A stretch of DNA of 64,000 nt. Source: a virus. Its lineage: Duplodnaviria; Caudoviricetes. The position numbers and the translations under genes are program-made. Below are positions 30,170 to 40,800 of the stretch, piece by piece; the first letter of the stretch is position 1; each line of letters begins with the position of its first letter. The stretch lies in the IMG/VR virus record IMGVR_UViG_3300027917_004314. One strand, written 5' to 3'. The notes beneath the pieces are model-generated. The model ran no database searches, was not told where the DNA came from, and saw only the letters and a program-made list of their open reading frames with translations.

Positions 30170-30937
30170 ATGAAGCTGTCTGAGTTGCTGCGAGAAATTG
30201 GCAGGTTAGCAAAGGAAAACGAAATATCCGAACCATATGTGGTCGGCGGTCTTCCAAGAGATAAGATGTTTGGAATTCCTAGCAATGTAAGGGATGTAGA
30301 TATTACTACTGGTGATAACGGATCATTCGCTCTAGCAATGGCGTCCAGCAGGGAGTGGCCAGACGCAAGGTTTAGGTCATATAATGATGGACATTCGTCT
30401 ATAGATTTTAAAAATATAAGACTGGATTTTTCAAATAATTTCGAACTTCCAGGAATAGAAAAGACTTTGGAAGATAAAGGTATCAAGAATCCGTCTGATA
30501 TGCACAAAGAACTATATAGTAGAGACTTTACAATCAATACTTTGCTGCAACCAATGGATTTAGATAAAGAGCCTGTAGACTATACCGGTCTGGCCAAAAA
30601 AGATATAGAGAACAGAGTTCTAAGAACTCCTGTAGATCCAGAATTAACGATTGGATACGATGCGCGCAGGATACTTAGGGCAGTTAAACTTTCTGTGCAA
30701 TTTGGTTTAGCAATAGAATCTGAGCTTTCACAAGCTATAATAAAATACAGGGGTAGCATTAAAGAACTTCCAATGTCTTATGTGAAAAGGCAGGTTAACC
30801 AAATGCTTAATTTGGATGCCAAGAAGGCATTGGATATACTTGCTGAGCATAAATTATTACCAGTTATTCCGTTAAGCAGACTGATGACGTTAGAGTTGGC
30901 TAAGAATCGTATGGTACAACATCTGCTCGAACACTAG
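30170..30937 (+). CDS. Class II tRNA nucleotidyltransferase / poly(A) polymerase-family protein (short, no HD domain)
   Basis: YVVGGLPRD, DVDIT, SRDFTINTL, YDARRILRAVK. Confidence 0.85.
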   Translation: MKLSELLREIGRLAKENEISEPYVVGGLPRDKMFGIPSNVRDVDITTGDNGSFALAMASSREWPDARFRSYNDGHSSIDFKNIRLDFSNNFELPGIEKTLEDKGIKNPSDMHKELYSRDFTINTLLQPMDLDKEPVDYTGLAKKDIENRVLRTPVDPELTIGYDARRILRAVKLSVQFGLAIESELSQAIIKYRGSIKELPMSYVKRQVNQMLNLDAKKALDILAEHKLLPVIPLSRLMTLELAKNRMVQHLLEH

Positions 30938-30947
30938 GAGATGCGTA

Positions 30948-32147
30948 ATGTCTAATTCTTTCGCTAGAATGTTAAAAATTGCCGAGATGTTATACGATGT
31001 TGGAGATTCTGAAGGTTTTGAGCGGTTGTGCGTTCAATTGAACGCATATTTTAAAAAGTGCGCTCATTTTGAACCCTTGAATGATGGCATCACTCCGAAT
31101 CCGTGGAGGCATAATATGGACTATGCCGAGTGGGAAAATTCGCCGTATTATGGAAGCATGACAGAATTTATGGAGAAATTTCCTGGTGGCATTCCAGATT
31201 GGATTAAGTGGCGTCGTGAAACGCAAAAACAAAGAAATCTTATGTGGAGTAAAATATCTGCTAGGCGAGATAACACTAGAATAAAGATAGCAGCCGATAA
31301 AATTGCGCTTGTATTAAAAGCATGGTCTAAAAGGTTAAAAGACATTGCAAGGGCAGGAGCTGTAGCATATATAAATGAGATGGAGACCAGTGCAAAAAAG
31401 TGGTCCATACAGGTTAATAAATGGCGTTATATTAAAAACGATTTAGAACCATTCTTAAAAATTTTAGATAGATATATAGATGAAGAAATAGAATCTAATA
31501 ATTTGAGCGCAGTGGTTATCAGTTTGTATAAGTTTAGGAATACTCCAAAGTATAAACGGTATTCGGATTTATTCTTTAACATGATAAGTCAGATAACAGA
31601 CAGCGCTTCTGAAAGATTTTTTAATTATTTGAACGACATGGAAACAAAGTTTATGCAAGTAGCTGAAGATGAGCCGCTATGGCCAGATCCTAAATTGTTT
31701 CCAGATGATCCTGAAGGCATGTTTGAACCCACACCATTTGAACCAACTGAGGAGGAAATTGAAGAATCGCAAAAACCTACAGTTGAAGAGGAGCGGGCAC
31801 AAGCCAGGCAACTTATTGAGAAGGTATTAGAGCTGGTTACTAAAGAGGAAGCCGAAATGCTTCTCAAAGAGAGCGCTCCCAAAAAGATAGTCGAAGCTAA
31901 GTTTGTGCCTGTGGGGCCGGATGACACAAAAAAGTTTCCTAAAGAACCACACTTGTGGTCTGACGAGGGCCTCAAAAAATTTAAATCAGTAACAGATTTT
32001 CTTAAAAAATATCGTAAACGGGACCAGAAGGCGGATGATCTTGGATCTGCGGCCTTGAAAGCGATTCAAGATTTTATAGATTACTGGAAACTATTACAAA
32101 AAGGCAAAGAGAGAAGGACTAAAGCTAAAAAAAGGAAAGGCAAATGA
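30948..32147 (+). CDS. Hypothetical protein
   Basis: AGGAG RBS; N-terminal helical motif variant; basic C-terminal tail. Confidence 0.65.
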   Translation: MSNSFARMLKIAEMLYDVGDSEGFERLCVQLNAYFKKCAHFEPLNDGITPNPWRHNMDYAEWENSPYYGSMTEFMEKFPGGIPDWIKWRRETQKQRNLMWSKISARRDNTRIKIAADKIALVLKAWSKRLKDIARAGAVAYINEMETSAKKWSIQVNKWRYIKNDLEPFLKILDRYIDEEIESNNLSAVVISLYKFRNTPKYKRYSDLFFNMISQITDSASERFFNYLNDMETKFMQVAEDEPLWPDPKLFPDDPEGMFEPTPFEPTEEEIEESQKPTVEEERAQARQLIEKVLELVTKEEAEMLLKESAPKKIVEAKFVPVGPDDTKKFPKEPHLWSDEGLKKFKSVTDFLKKYRKRDQKADDLGSAALKAIQDFIDYWKLLQKGKERRTKAKKRKGK

Positions 32148-32156
32148 CGAGGACAC

Positions 32157-32801
32157 ATGGAACATAAGTGTGCATTCATTAGACGAGACGTAGATGGGAT
32201 TAGACAATGCCCATTCGGGCTGCCTATTACACAAGCATGTGCGCATGCCGGTGACTCTGTGTCTTATATGTGCCCTTTAGAAACAATGCCGAAGGAAAAG
32301 AGGGTGCTTGTAGAAAAGGCTAACAAAAGAGTATATGTTCACTACAAGACCGATTCCAGATGCTTGTATGCGTCTCACATTATAAAAAACAAAAATACAG
32401 TGAATTGTAATTTTGGTGATACCGGTGCCGGCATGCAAGTTCCTACTTTTAGTGGGAGTCCATTATATCCACAAACATTTAGTGGGATTGGCCTTGATGG
32501 ATTATACGCTTTTCCGCTTGGCTTCTACGCTGATAATAATGAGAGCCGGAATCTATTTCAAGGACTCTTTTCTCTTGTGGGTGGTAATACATACGATATT
32601 ATTAAGGAAGCTTTTACGACAGATGATTTATTAAAATCTATCGCGAATAAACTTGAAAATAAAGAGCCACTTACTACTGAAGAGCAGTTATATTTAACGC
32701 AGTATGTTTCTAGATGTAGACAAGATTATGAGCAGCGCAGGACTGATTCTGCAAAAGCATATGAATTAGCAGAAAAATGGAATCCAAGGAAGAGACTTTA
32801 A
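32157..32801 (+). CDS. Cys-rich hypothetical protein
   Basis: KCAF, CPFGLPITQAC, CPL, RCLYASH, CNFGD. Confidence 0.65.
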   Translation: MEHKCAFIRRDVDGIRQCPFGLPITQACAHAGDSVSYMCPLETMPKEKRVLVEKANKRVYVHYKTDSRCLYASHIIKNKNTVNCNFGDTGAGMQVPTFSGSPLYPQTFSGIGLDGLYAFPLGFYADNNESRNLFQGLFSLVGGNTYDIIKEAFTTDDLLKSIANKLENKEPLTTEEQLYLTQYVSRCRQDYEQRRTDSAKAYELAEKWNPRKRL

Positions 32802-32822
32802 ATATGGAGGCGCAGGAATAAC

Positions 32823-33236
32823 ATGGAGTTTGGGAGTGCTGCGATTACCGCTTTATTTGTAGGATTAATATGGACTCTTATTAAAGTCGTGGAGTTTTTT
32901 GTTAGTGGCAAAAAACGAGGTATGACGCCAGAACAAGAGGAAATTTTGCGTCAAATAAATAGACATGTCAACAATTTGCATGAAATGCATTCTGTTTTTG
33001 ATGACAACCATGTTCCAAAGTGGTATGTCCCGGGAGAGTTGTTGACATTAATCAGAGAAACGCGTAGCACATTGGATGATTTGTCGCGCGAGTTAGATGA
33101 TTCTATGGACAAAATCGCTTCGGGCCAAGCATCATCTGTGCAGAAAATATCAGATTTGATAAACTCTCAAAAGCTTATGACCGAAAGACTTGGTGACTTA
33201 GTTACACTATGGTCAAAGCTTGGAAACTCAAAATGA
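32823..33236 (+). CDS. Single-TM membrane protein (possible holin-like)
   Basis: N-terminal hydrophobic AAITALFVGLIWTLIKVVEFFV followed by soluble coiled region. Confidence 0.45.
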   Translation: MEFGSAAITALFVGLIWTLIKVVEFFVSGKKRGMTPEQEEILRQINRHVNNLHEMHSVFDDNHVPKWYVPGELLTLIRETRSTLDDLSRELDDSMDKIASGQASSVQKISDLINSQKLMTERLGDLVTLWSKLGNSK

Positions 33237-33475
33237 CGGAGGATAAAGCGGTGACTTCGAACGCTAAAACCGGAATGATCTTGGAATCATATGAAATATC
33301 TATCGAGGCAGAAGAACGTCCGGCAGTCGTAAATATAATATATTTTGAAGAAGCTTTAGATACAGAGATCGCTAAGCTGCTGGAGATGCAAGCCATGGTA
33401 ATTAATAAAATAAAAAAAATATTGAATGGTAAGAACGGGGAAATCCGTACAACGGAGGACGTAAACAATGAGTAA
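33233..33475 (+). CDS. Small hypothetical protein
   Basis: ATGA overlap with the upstream gene. Confidence 0.55.
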   Translation: MTEDKAVTSNAKTGMILESYEISIEAEERPAVVNIIYFEEALDTEIAKLLEMQAMVINKIKKILNGKNGEIRTTEDVNNE

Positions 33476-34259
33476 AGAAGAGGGACTTTTCACCGTTGCA
33501 GAAGATGAGAAACTTGAGAAAGAAATTATTTCTGTCGCAGAAGAAGAGCTAAAGGTAGAGGGCGACGTGCCCCATACTGAACCGACGTATAGAGTTCAAA
33601 CACCTCATCAAGAGAGTCCGGCATCTGACAAACCGAAAAGCTATCGGGAAACCAAAGATGTGAAACAATTTATGGATTTTTTGAAATCTGAGATGGCCAG
33701 GATTCCTGCGTTTGAGGCAGCTAGAGGAAATCAGTCTTTAATGGAAAGGAGCCTTGGCCAATGGAAATCACTAGATGGCCACTGCTCACAGGCCTTGAGG
33801 GGCGATTATGATGGCACCATTGATGTCGAAACTCTTGACAAAGCTAGACAGTTCATAGAGTCTACCATTGATGCTTTAGAAGATGCTCTACATGCTATGA
33901 CAGAAATGAAAAGATCTCGTAAAAAGCAACGCAGGCGTCGCGGCGAAGCCGATCATGATATGACCAAAGAGGCTACTGCACCACATTTTAGTGGTTTCCA
34001 GATGGTCATTACGCCGTTTCAGAGAGCTATTGTTGGTTCTTTAATAAATGGCAAGGTTTCTGGCGGCAGAAACATGGAGGAGCTGTACGAGGAAGCCACC
34101 AAGAAATATAAGCTAAATGATCGCGAGCAGCTCGAAATACTTGCCATTTTGGCCGACTTTGGCTATCCTATTTTCAAGGATAGGCTAAGGGTGGGAGATA
34201 GTGAAGATCCTTCTCGTGCCGAAGGATTCGGTGAATGGCAGAGTCAATATCAAGCTTAA
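33468..34259 (+). CDS. Hypothetical protein
   Basis: GGAGG RBS, 263 aa. Confidence 0.65.
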   Translation: MSKEEGLFTVAEDEKLEKEIISVAEEELKVEGDVPHTEPTYRVQTPHQESPASDKPKSYRETKDVKQFMDFLKSEMARIPAFEAARGNQSLMERSLGQWKSLDGHCSQALRGDYDGTIDVETLDKARQFIESTIDALEDALHAMTEMKRSRKKQRRRRGEADHDMTKEATAPHFSGFQMVITPFQRAIVGSLINGKVSGGRNMEELYEEATKKYKLNDREQLEILAILADFGYPIFKDRLRVGDSEDPSRAEGFGEWQSQYQA

Positions 34260-34286
34260 ATTTTTTTGAAAACGGAGATACACGAA

Positions 34287-36863
34287 ATGCCTTCAAAATA
34301 TGATCGTGAGTATGCTCGTGATATTCCACTACCAGACTGGCTAAAGGAATTTGCCGATAGCAACTTAGATAAAAGTGGCACCACCATCGAGGATATTAAA
34401 AACCTTTTCCACACGAAGAATGAACTAGACTCTGTAGAGGCTAGGGTAGAAGAACTTCGAGAAAGGGTCGGATTAGACGCCATAGAAAAAACAGCTGCAA
34501 AACAAAAAGAACTAATTCCTGGAGGGTTTGCAGAAGGCCAGCCTGATGAGAAATATGATAAAGAGCAGCTTGGTAAAGGTATAGGCGTCGAAATGGAGCA
34601 CACGCCGGATTGGGAAGTTGCAAAAGAGATAACAAAAGATCATCTAGAAGAGTCCGAAGATTTTAAAGATGGTGAGGGTGGAAAATATTACGACAAGCTC
34701 GATAAGGCAGAAGAAGAGATTAAGAAAGAAGTTGATAAAAAGAAGGCTTTGCGTATACAGCGGCTGATTACTTTGGCGGATTATTTAGACGAAGAGGGAT
34801 GTGTTAATGGTGCTAAATATATAGACACCTTAATACGTAAGCTTGCCGACATGGAGCGTCTGCCAATCATGGCTGATCCCATATTATGGTCGGACGAACA
34901 ATTATTAGAAGTTGTTAATACTCCTGGTCTTAGTGAAATGGCAGCCAAGAAGCAGGTACCACCAAGCACTGCAGAAGGAAAGGAAAAAAGTTTACTGCAA
35001 GCAGTCGTGGATGAGATTAATAAAAGAAATATTGCTCAGGGCTTAAAACCGCCGAATGTAGAAGCATGGAGAGAACGAGGATATTGGCTGCTTTATGGTC
35101 TAAATGGACAGTTATTGGGTATTTATAATAATGATAGTAAGGCTCAGATGGCCAAATCTAAATTAGCTGATATGTTTGCTGCGGGACAAAGTTTTAATAT
35201 GATAGGCGGTGAATATATGCCCTATCTTATACAGTATATCGCAGAAAAGGCTCTTAGTGCTGTTGCACCTGAAGGGGATGATGATAAGCGAGAGGCTTTT
35301 TTCTTTTCTGCGGAAGCTGCAGATATCCATGATGATGCCGCAGAGAAAGCACGTGAACTTTTAACTGATCCAGGACTCGCGCGCAAAAGAAAGGAGCATG
35401 CTGAAAAGCAAATACAAATTGTAAAAACGCCTTGGCATTTTGAGGAATATATAGACCCCAAAGCGATTCCAGAAGGTCAGATACCTACTGATGAAAATGC
35501 AGACGCTGCTTTCGAGAGTACTAAAAAGTTTAATTTGGACCCCCAAAATAATGAGCTGCCAATAGTAAGACCAAATATACATGACACTCAAAGACCAGGG
35601 AGAAAAGAGTTTGTTAAAGATTATGAACGTGAAATTGTTCAGAAATATCGCAGAAAAGAGAAGGGTCTTCCTACAAGCAAAGAGGAAAGTACGGATGATG
35701 GTTTCGAGTTGTCTTGTCGTCATGGATTTAGGCTATCCAAAAGGGCAATTAAATGGTATGCTCCAAAAGAAACAAGTCCTGTGGTTGGGCCATGGCAGAG
35801 TTATAAGTTGCCGCCAGGTGCTGGCACAACGCTTGAACCTATTTCTGAAGAAGAAATGTGGAGAAGGGAACAGGCTAAAAAGCCTCAAGTGGTAGAACCA
35901 GAGCCAAGAGAAACGAAAGAGCCTGAGGCAGAACCAGAGGAAGAGCCGGAAAGCACCATGTCATCGTGGTATTTAATGGCAGCATTTGGACAAGGACTTG
36001 GTTGGTTTAAGGAGAAACAGCATGCAGAAGATGCCAAGTGGGCGGTTGTTAACCAGTTTTCTGATCTCGATATAGATAAGTCGGGCAAAAGCGTATTGTT
36101 CAATTGTTTTAAGGATTATCTACAAAATCTGTGGAATCGCCAAATAACAAACTCCCACGTAAAAACGGAGTTAATAAATTTTGTTAACAGCACTACCAAC
36201 CAGGTATACATTGATGAAAGGGATTTAGCAGGACAAAAAGCGGTACAAATTTATGAAATTGTGGAGCACGCATTTGCACCACGTGGTGGGATATATGGAG
36301 AAGATGAACACCCAACTGGAGATTATATCGATTTAGCCGTGATTGCACTTAAAGGATTAGGCAGCCAATACGAACGAACACATCCTCTTTATCAAGTGCC
36401 AGCGGATGCTGAAGATGCTATAAGCGCAAGTGCTGAAAATGGCGAGAGAGTTATACAGGAAGTAATTAGGTGGGCTGAAAGAAGAGCCGGTCATTCTGCG
36501 ACCGCGCCATCTTATACTGATGATAATGTAATAAAAGCATTCTATTTGTCAAAACGTGCAAAAGAGAAGAGCATTTTCGAGCAATTCCCGAAGCTAGAAA
36601 CCTTTGTCCGAAATGTTTGTCGTTCTCGCGGCGGCTATGTAGAACTTCCGGCCATACAAACAATGATTAGAAATGAAAGACCAGAGAACATAGATGTACA
36701 TAATAAGGAACTAGTTGAGTTTATCAAAAAGTGTCTAAAAGAAAATAAACAAGAAGTTCAAGACGATAACACACACGATGGCGAGTTTGTATCTGAAATA
36801 AGGATGTATGATGATGATGGAAACAGAACTGTCTTTTACGAGCCACCTAGCGATATTATATAG
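34287..36863 (+). CDS. Multidomain head-module protein with a DUF5661-like module
   Basis: KGIGVEMEHT...AKEITKDHLEE...YYDKL resembles DUF5661 (from memory); helical motif; two FxLSKRA linkers. Confidence 0.6.
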   Translation: MPSKYDREYARDIPLPDWLKEFADSNLDKSGTTIEDIKNLFHTKNELDSVEARVEELRERVGLDAIEKTAAKQKELIPGGFAEGQPDEKYDKEQLGKGIGVEMEHTPDWEVAKEITKDHLEESEDFKDGEGGKYYDKLDKAEEEIKKEVDKKKALRIQRLITLADYLDEEGCVNGAKYIDTLIRKLADMERLPIMADPILWSDEQLLEVVNTPGLSEMAAKKQVPPSTAEGKEKSLLQAVVDEINKRNIAQGLKPPNVEAWRERGYWLLYGLNGQLLGIYNNDSKAQMAKSKLADMFAAGQSFNMIGGEYMPYLIQYIAEKALSAVAPEGDDDKREAFFFSAEAADIHDDAAEKARELLTDPGLARKRKEHAEKQIQIVKTPWHFEEYIDPKAIPEGQIPTDENADAAFESTKKFNLDPQNNELPIVRPNIHDTQRPGRKEFVKDYEREIVQKYRRKEKGLPTSKEESTDDGFELSCRHGFRLSKRAIKWYAPKETSPVVGPWQSYKLPPGAGTTLEPISEEEMWRREQAKKPQVVEPEPRETKEPEAEPEEEPESTMSSWYLMAAFGQGLGWFKEKQHAEDAKWAVVNQFSDLDIDKSGKSVLFNCFKDYLQNLWNRQITNSHVKTELINFVNSTTNQVYIDERDLAGQKAVQIYEIVEHAFAPRGGIYGEDEHPTGDYIDLAVIALKGLGSQYERTHPLYQVPADAEDAISASAENGERVIQEVIRWAERRAGHSATAPSYTDDNVIKAFYLSKRAKEKSIFEQFPKLETFVRNVCRSRGGYVELPAIQTMIRNERPENIDVHNKELVEFIKKCLKENKQEVQDDNTHDGEFVSEIRMYDDDGNRTVFYEPPSDII

Positions 36864-36865
36864 TC

Positions 36866-38719
36866 ATGGCATTTAAACAAAAAAGAAACGCTTTAGACGA
36901 CTGGAAACCAGAAAATAGTTTTGATTCTCTTAAGAGAGAATTTATGAAGGTCGATCCAGTTACTTTTGCAGAGACTTTCCTCACTCTTGATGGAAAGCCT
37001 TTTCGTATTACGGGCAACGGATGGAAATTCATAGCGGATATATATAGACATATCTCTGTGGTTTCAATGTCGAATGAAGGTAAGCCGGTCGTAATAGTGA
37101 AAGGCAGACAGGTCGGCGCGACAACCATGGCGTCTGCCATGGAATTGCACATGGTGGCAAGCGGAACATACGGAAGAAACGGACAACCTCCTGTTAGGGT
37201 AATGCATGCGTTTCCACAGTTGGAAATGATGCACGGCTTTGCCAAAGATAAGCTGGAAAAAATGATTTTAGAATCAATACAAATTCCAGATTTTGATGAC
37301 AAACATAGTCCAGGCAAAATGAAACCCTTCATTAATGCTCAGAAGGATTCGGCTAGAGACGCCACTGATGCACTGCGATATAAACAATTCAAGTATGGAA
37401 ATACTTTGTGGTGCGAATCAATAGGTAACGAGGGGACGAGAGTTATAGGTAGAACTTTTGACGTTTGTTTCTTCGACGAAGTCCAAGATATGAGCGAGGT
37501 GGCAATAGCCAAGACAATCAAGTGCCTTACTCGCGCTCAACACGGACCACAGCCTGGTGGGGTGCAAGTATTTTTTGGTACCCCAAGACAAAAGGGAACT
37601 TTATTCCATAGAATGTGGGAAGACTCAGATCAGCGCAGATATTATTTAAAATGTGCTGATTGCAAAAATTATTTCCTATTGTATACTCCTGGCTCTGACA
37701 AATGGGAAGAAGAAATTTGGTTATATGAAAATATAGTAAAATGTCCCAGCTGCGGCCATGAACAAGATAAAGTTATGGCGATTGAACATGGCAAATGGCT
37801 CCCTACGCCGGGCAAAGAAGATTCTAACTACATAGGTTTTCATTTTAATCAGCTATTTATTCCAGAATTTACTAAAGAAGTGATAGTAAAGGAAAAGCCT
37901 GAGCATAACACTAGAAACTCAGAAATGATTTTCAACAATGAAGTGCTCGGGGAGTTTCATTCTGGTGCCGGCCTTCCCATCACATTTGAAGAAATTTATC
38001 GGATGTGTAAAGATCAAGACCGTTCAGTACCAAAATTCATACCGAAGGGGGAAAGGCTTTCATACCTCGGTATGGACTGGGGAGGTAAACCAGACATAGA
38101 CAACGTTAAGAGAGGTCAATCTTTTTCTTGTGGCGTTGTGTTGACCGTAGACCATGACGAGAGATATCTCGTAGAATTCGGAGAAAAACTGAAACGATTG
38201 GATCGTGAAAGTAAGATGAGTTTTGTTGATGAAATGTTTCGCATATACGGCGTTAAGAACGCTATGGGCGATATTGGCTTTGCAGAAGACATTACTAACG
38301 ACCTCAAAATGAAGTATGGCGAGAAATATAAAAGTGTTAGGAGTTCCGGGATGGTTTCTGGTGGTGTAAAATATAATAGAGATGAATTAGAAATAGTGGT
38401 AGACAAAGATAAAATTATTGGAGAAGTCTTTGAATTGCTGAGGAGAGGCAGAATTAGATTTCCTTGGGCAAGTTATGAAAAAATTGCGTGGCTGATTAGA
38501 CATTGTTGCTCTATGGAAAGCAAAATCGTCACTAGACAGGGTCAGCCGCATCAGACATATATGAAGGGCAAAGAACAAAACGACGGACTTATGGCACTGA
38601 TTTACGCTTATTTGGCTTACAAATTTGATAAAACTCGTGGTTTTAAAGTAAATCCGAACGTGCCCAGCAGCACTATATTTCCAAAACCAGTTCTTGCATA
38701 TATACCAAAAAATATATAG
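36866..38719 (+). CDS. terL: Terminase large subunit (GpA-like with Zn fingers)
   Basis: KGRQVGATT, FFDEVQD, GTP, CADC/CPSC, NEVLGE, LGMDWG nuclease motif. Confidence 0.9.
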   Translation: MAFKQKRNALDDWKPENSFDSLKREFMKVDPVTFAETFLTLDGKPFRITGNGWKFIADIYRHISVVSMSNEGKPVVIVKGRQVGATTMASAMELHMVASGTYGRNGQPPVRVMHAFPQLEMMHGFAKDKLEKMILESIQIPDFDDKHSPGKMKPFINAQKDSARDATDALRYKQFKYGNTLWCESIGNEGTRVIGRTFDVCFFDEVQDMSEVAIAKTIKCLTRAQHGPQPGGVQVFFGTPRQKGTLFHRMWEDSDQRRYYLKCADCKNYFLLYTPGSDKWEEEIWLYENIVKCPSCGHEQDKVMAIEHGKWLPTPGKEDSNYIGFHFNQLFIPEFTKEVIVKEKPEHNTRNSEMIFNNEVLGEFHSGAGLPITFEEIYRMCKDQDRSVPKFIPKGERLSYLGMDWGGKPDIDNVKRGQSFSCGVVLTVDHDERYLVEFGEKLKRLDRESKMSFVDEMFRIYGVKNAMGDIGFAEDITNDLKMKYGEKYKSVRSSGMVSGGVKYNRDELEIVVDKDKIIGEVFELLRRGRIRFPWASYEKIAWLIRHCCSMESKIVTRQGQPHQTYMKGKEQNDGLMALIYAYLAYKFDKTRGFKVNPNVPSSTIFPKPVLAYIPKNI

Positions 38720-38728
38720 AGGTGACTA

Positions 38729-40750
38729 ATGGTAAATAGAAGGAATGATCGAAAACCCGCTAAGATTAGGGTGACGCCAAGAAGGGCTGCTGACGTTACG
38801 GAGTATAGAAAGGCCGAACTTTCAACAGATGTAGACAATGGGATTATATCAGAAGGTACGAGTTATGCCGGTAGTCGACTTAACAGGAGTAATCCTACAG
38901 TTGAGAATGCGCCGCTTGACAGTGATAGGCTAAATCGTGGTGCATGGCTTTCGTCTGGAGACAAGACGATTACCGAAACAAGGAAGAAAGTTAGTTTGAT
39001 TAATGGCGGTGCATCAAAAACTGCCGTTGGTGCTGTTGCACATAGTGATACATATTTGAAAACAGCTGCAGCAGAAGCAGCCAGAGAGTTACAAAAAACC
39101 GCTGCCTCTGTTGGATCTGTAGGTGGAACGGCAGGCACCTCTGCGGGGAGCACTGTAGAGAGACTTGCCCCAGAAGTTTATAGTCCGCTATTCACTATGG
39201 CAAATCTTAATTTGCCTCGTGATAGGATAACTATCAATGCCTGGTGCAGAAATTTTTTCTTATTGCATCCAATAGTAAGAAACGCAATTACATTACATGC
39301 AACATATCCTATCAGCAAATTAAATATAAAATGCCAGGATAAAAGGGTACTTCAATTTCACGAAGACATGATAGAGGAAATGGATTTGATGGGCGCGCTT
39401 GGAGATATTTCTCTCGAGTACTGGAAATTGGGCGAATGTTTCCCATACGCCGAGCTAGATGAAGAAAGAGGAAAATGGTCCAAGATCGTAGTTCAGAACC
39501 CGGACTATGTTCATGTGAAGAAAACTGTACTATCAGGTGATCCCATTATATCGCTAAAGCCTGATGCTGTACTCCAGCGTCTTGTAATGAGCAATAATCC
39601 TGCAGACATGCGACTTAGAAGACAGATTCCGGAGAAAATTATCTATCACGTTAGAGCGCGCCAAGATATACCGCTTGATAACTTTAATGTCTCTCATCTA
39701 AAGTTGCTTTCTAGTCCATACGATGTGAGAGGTACAAGCATTATAGTTAGTGCATTTAAAGACCTCATGCTCTATGACAAAATTCGTGAATCCAAATTTG
39801 CACAAGCGGACTCAATGATTAATCCTATTACACTCATTAAAGTGGGTGGCAACGAAGATGGCGACTATAGAGCAACGCAAGAGGATTTAGAGTTCTTCCG
39901 TGAAATTTTTGAAGAAGCCGAGTATGATAAGAATTTCAAGCTTATTACGCATGCCGGCGTAAAAGTAGAGCGTGTTGGTTATACTGGACAAGTATTAGAA
40001 ATTTCTGGAGATATGGAACTTATTATCAAAAACATTTATACTGGTTTGATGGTTCCTCCGGCAGTCGTTGACACTGAAAGTGCTGTTTACGCATCTGCTT
40101 CTATCGGCTTGGAAGTGTTAAGGCAAAGGTATTTCAATTTTAGAAATATGATGGCCAAGTGGCTTGTAAATAAGATTTTTGCTCCTATTAGTGAAATTCA
40201 AGGTTTTTACGAGTATAAAAACAAAGAGAAAAGATTAATAGTTCCAGAAGTAGAGTGGAATCATATGAATCTCTATGATCTACAAGACTATATTTCAAAT
40301 ATTACTGGCATGGTAAGCTCGAAACAGGCCTCTGTTCAAACTTTGTACCGCAGCATGGGGCTTAACTATGAGGATGAGAAAATAAAGATGCGACAAGAAT
40401 CCATTGACGAAGCCATACGCAGAAGGGAAGAGATGGCTCTTGGAACTATGACACTTACTGAATTGCGTTCGCTGGATCCAGAAAAGCCAATTATGGAAGC
40501 CATTGATTCTAGGGAACGAGAAGCTGAGCCTGCTGTTCCACCAGAAGCTGGTATGCCGGCGGGCGTTATGCCGCCGGGAGCCGAGATGGGAGCTGGTCCG
40601 TTGGGAGGTCTGCCAGAACTTGCTCCTCCGCCAGGAGGAGCGTTGGAAACGCCCCCAGGTGCGGGAGCCCCTCCAGGTGCTGGAGTTACACCGCCACTAG
40701 GGCCTGGAACCCCTGGCGGAGCAGGTGGGCCAGGCGGGCTAGGTGTATAG
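38729..40750 (+). CDS. Portal protein
   Basis: Directly follows terL; HPIVRNAITLHATYP, GECFP, PYDVRGTSII, clip/stem-like region; Pro/Gly-rich tail. Confidence 0.75.
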   Translation: MVNRRNDRKPAKIRVTPRRAADVTEYRKAELSTDVDNGIISEGTSYAGSRLNRSNPTVENAPLDSDRLNRGAWLSSGDKTITETRKKVSLINGGASKTAVGAVAHSDTYLKTAAAEAARELQKTAASVGSVGGTAGTSAGSTVERLAPEVYSPLFTMANLNLPRDRITINAWCRNFFLLHPIVRNAITLHATYPISKLNIKCQDKRVLQFHEDMIEEMDLMGALGDISLEYWKLGECFPYAELDEERGKWSKIVVQNPDYVHVKKTVLSGDPIISLKPDAVLQRLVMSNNPADMRLRRQIPEKIIYHVRARQDIPLDNFNVSHLKLLSSPYDVRGTSIIVSAFKDLMLYDKIRESKFAQADSMINPITLIKVGGNEDGDYRATQEDLEFFREIFEEAEYDKNFKLITHAGVKVERVGYTGQVLEISGDMELIIKNIYTGLMVPPAVVDTESAVYASASIGLEVLRQRYFNFRNMMAKWLVNKIFAPISEIQGFYEYKNKEKRLIVPEVEWNHMNLYDLQDYISNITGMVSSKQASVQTLYRSMGLNYEDEKIKMRQESIDEAIRRREEMALGTMTLTELRSLDPEKPIMEAIDSREREAEPAVPPEAGMPAGVMPPGAEMGAGPLGGLPELAPPPGGALETPPGAGAPPGAGVTPPLGPGTPGGAGGPGGLGV

Positions 40751-40800
40751 ATGGTAGCAATTTTGAATATTATGAGGAAAAGGGATATTAAGGGTGAAAT

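Noticed and set aside
12375-38719. Inteins or introns in DnaE, RecA or TerL
   Set aside because: Lengths are normal, motifs are contiguous, and no intein splice-junction or homing-endonuclease motifs were seen
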